Positions 62,015 to 64,000 of a stretch of DNA of 64,000 bases are shown one piece after another. The DNA comes from Paraspadella gotoi (Eukaryota > Animalia > Chaetognatha). Numbering within the stretch: the first letter of the stretch is position 1; each line of letters starts with the position of its first letter. Made by a program: the position numbers and the translations under genes. The notes beneath the pieces were generated by a model that saw only the letters and a program-made list of their open reading frames with translations, did no database searches and had not been told where the DNA came from. The stretch is from positions 30,073,693-30,137,692 of the forward strand of contig CM119264.1 of the NCBI GenBank assembly GCA_051294375.1. The letters are read 5' to 3'.

Positions 62015-62946
62015 TTAATTAAATGATGAATATATATACCTTGCTGCACAAACTCGTTCATTCAGTGTGAGTAACACTATGTACACTTGCCAGTTTCATA
62101 ATTTCCAGACAATCTTCACATCTTTCGTCTTTTTCACATTTTCGACTTCACGGATTTCACAGACTTCACGGATTTGACACTTTTGTGATCGCGAATTCGA
62201 GAAAGAAGGGAAAAAAATTAACTGAAAGAAAAAAAGAAAGAAAAACAGAAGAACAAATTTTGATATTTTTGCGAAACAAAAACAAATATTTCGATTCGGC
62301 TCCAGAATTGTAATGGAAACATCACTAAATACATAAATAAGAATTAGCTAAATCTATAAATATTGAATTAAGACGAAACAATATTTTGACGGAAAAGAAA
62401 CTACTATGACTCTGGCGGCAACGACAACATCTACAACAAAAACAACAACAACAACTCAAATAATAACTTTAGCCAGTAAGTTTTTATTTTTCTTCTCGTC
62501 GGACCAATCCGTCTATTTGTCAGTCTATCTCTCTCTCTGTCTTGCCGTCTTTCCCTCTGTCTGTGTCTGTTTGCCCGTCCGTCCATCTTTCTCTCCGGGG
62601 ACATTGTATAAACTCTAAATAAAAAGTCATAGCAAAATGTTAAGAAATGCATACCGGACTTCATTAAGATCGGTATTTTTTTCCATATGCACGATGTGCT
62701 CAGTTACTATGTTAGAGCAGAAAATAAGAAAATCGATATAGCTCAAGGTAAGTGAACGAATTTGAGCAAATCGTGCGTAAAAATTCGAATCCGGATGAAA
62801 TTATCTCAGATGTTTAACGGCGACAACGACTCACGCCATCTTGCGGACTCGATTTTTACGATGAGAAAATCGTATTGATTTGACCTTTTGTGATCTTTTC
62901 GCGTCTCCTGGCTTTTCCTTGCCTTTTCAGTCACACACTCACTCTC

Positions 62947-63023
<77 letters not shown>

Positions 63024-63248
63024 TTTTGGTTTCCGATAATAATTCTGACATTCGTCATCGACATCTGATGCTTTCGTCATTGACACGAAAAATGACGTAT
63101 CAAATAAAATAAATTCATAATTATACATGTATTACTAATGATAATTTAAAGTATACTTTCATACTTTCATTCCGTATTTTAAAGTTCGATTGTATTATGT
63201 ATCTTTGAGGTCGTCATGATTGTCATTTAGATCATTGTCATCATCATC

Positions 63249-63280
<32 letters not shown>

Positions 63281-63921
63281 CACCATCATCATCATCATGA
63301 CCAAACTTCCAATTTGATCTCCCATTTTCCGTCGGCGATCATCAAAAAGATTCTCATTTCGAGTCACAAAGGATTTCAAGAGAAATTTATGATTCGTTTC
63401 CACCTGCGTTCGTTTTCTCTTCCATTTCTTCTTCTTCCTCTTCGTCGTACTCGTCGTTGTTGTCGTTGTTGTCGTCCTCATCGTCTTCATATGAGCAAAA
63501 ATTCGTTATCGTCGTTTTCATTGTGTTTCGCTTCATTCACGTTTGTTTTCTAACTCAGGCATAATGATAACTTTAAACGCTGTTGATAAACAGTATTTTT
63601 TTTTCATTATATATGCATAAAATCGAACAAAATATTTGTTAAAAATGAGATATTTTGATTCTTGACGTTGGACATTAATTGGCTCTTACTAAAAGAAAAC
63701 CTCGAGTCAAACCAACTGACGGATCCAGCGAGCTTTCAATCAGCTTCTATATTATTTATTATATATTATTTATATAAAGAATATTTTTTATTATTTTCCC
63801 AAAATTACATAAAGAACCACAACATCGAGGAATTCCATCATTATCATTTCTATAAAAATTAACAATTACGTTTTTCATGTCGTATTTGTAAAAATTTTTA
63901 AAAAACCCCAAAAAATTATTC

Positions 63922-63982
63922 CGCGCAAGATCGGGCTCGAACCGCGGACCTTTTCATCCATCTTACCGCCCAGCCAGCTCCG
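63922..63982 (-). other. tRNA-like Pol III head (SINE head or tRNA pseudogene)
   Basis: The minus strand reads gagc-TGGCTGGGCGG-taagatggatgaaaaggtccgc-GGTTCGAGCCC-gatcttgcgc. This gives A-box-like and B-box motifs, but the spacing is too short for an anticodon arm. Confidence 0.45.
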
Positions 63983-64000
63983 ACCCTACAAGACCCTACC

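Noticed and set aside
49600-63900. Numerous SLSLSL/ERERER/poly-D/poly-M ORFs
   Set aside because: They are translations of (GA)n, (TTTC)n and (CAT)n microsatellites.

Overview
Eukaryotic, most likely invertebrate animal, genomic DNA with GC-rich exons and short AT-rich spliceosomal introns. There is no prokaryotic content. I can reconstruct 12 protein-coding genes by hand. In order they are a two-exon SMIM30-like microprotein (- strand, missed by the ORF track), a two-RRM Musashi/DAZAP1/hnRNP-type protein (+) and HIPK (+). Then come nine consecutive, tightly packed minus-strand genes: ARIH1, SLC30A7/ZnT7, an intronless Sam68/KHDRBS-like STAR protein, LSM3, FBXW5, FBXL17-like, a four-LIM CRP/MLP protein, RPGRIP1L and ABHD12-like. 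From about 48.9 kb to the end there is no recognisable coding sequence, only micro/minisatellites and short repeats. The best leads are the operon-like run of nine genes, the hidden SMIM30 microprotein, a duplicated ~53-aa helical module in RPGRIP1L, two frame lesions in an otherwise conserved ARIH1, six unrelated AT-rich fold-back palindromes and several short dispersed elements. Gene names come from remembered similarity to known proteins, not from a database search. Exon boundaries are manual and unverified by transcripts.
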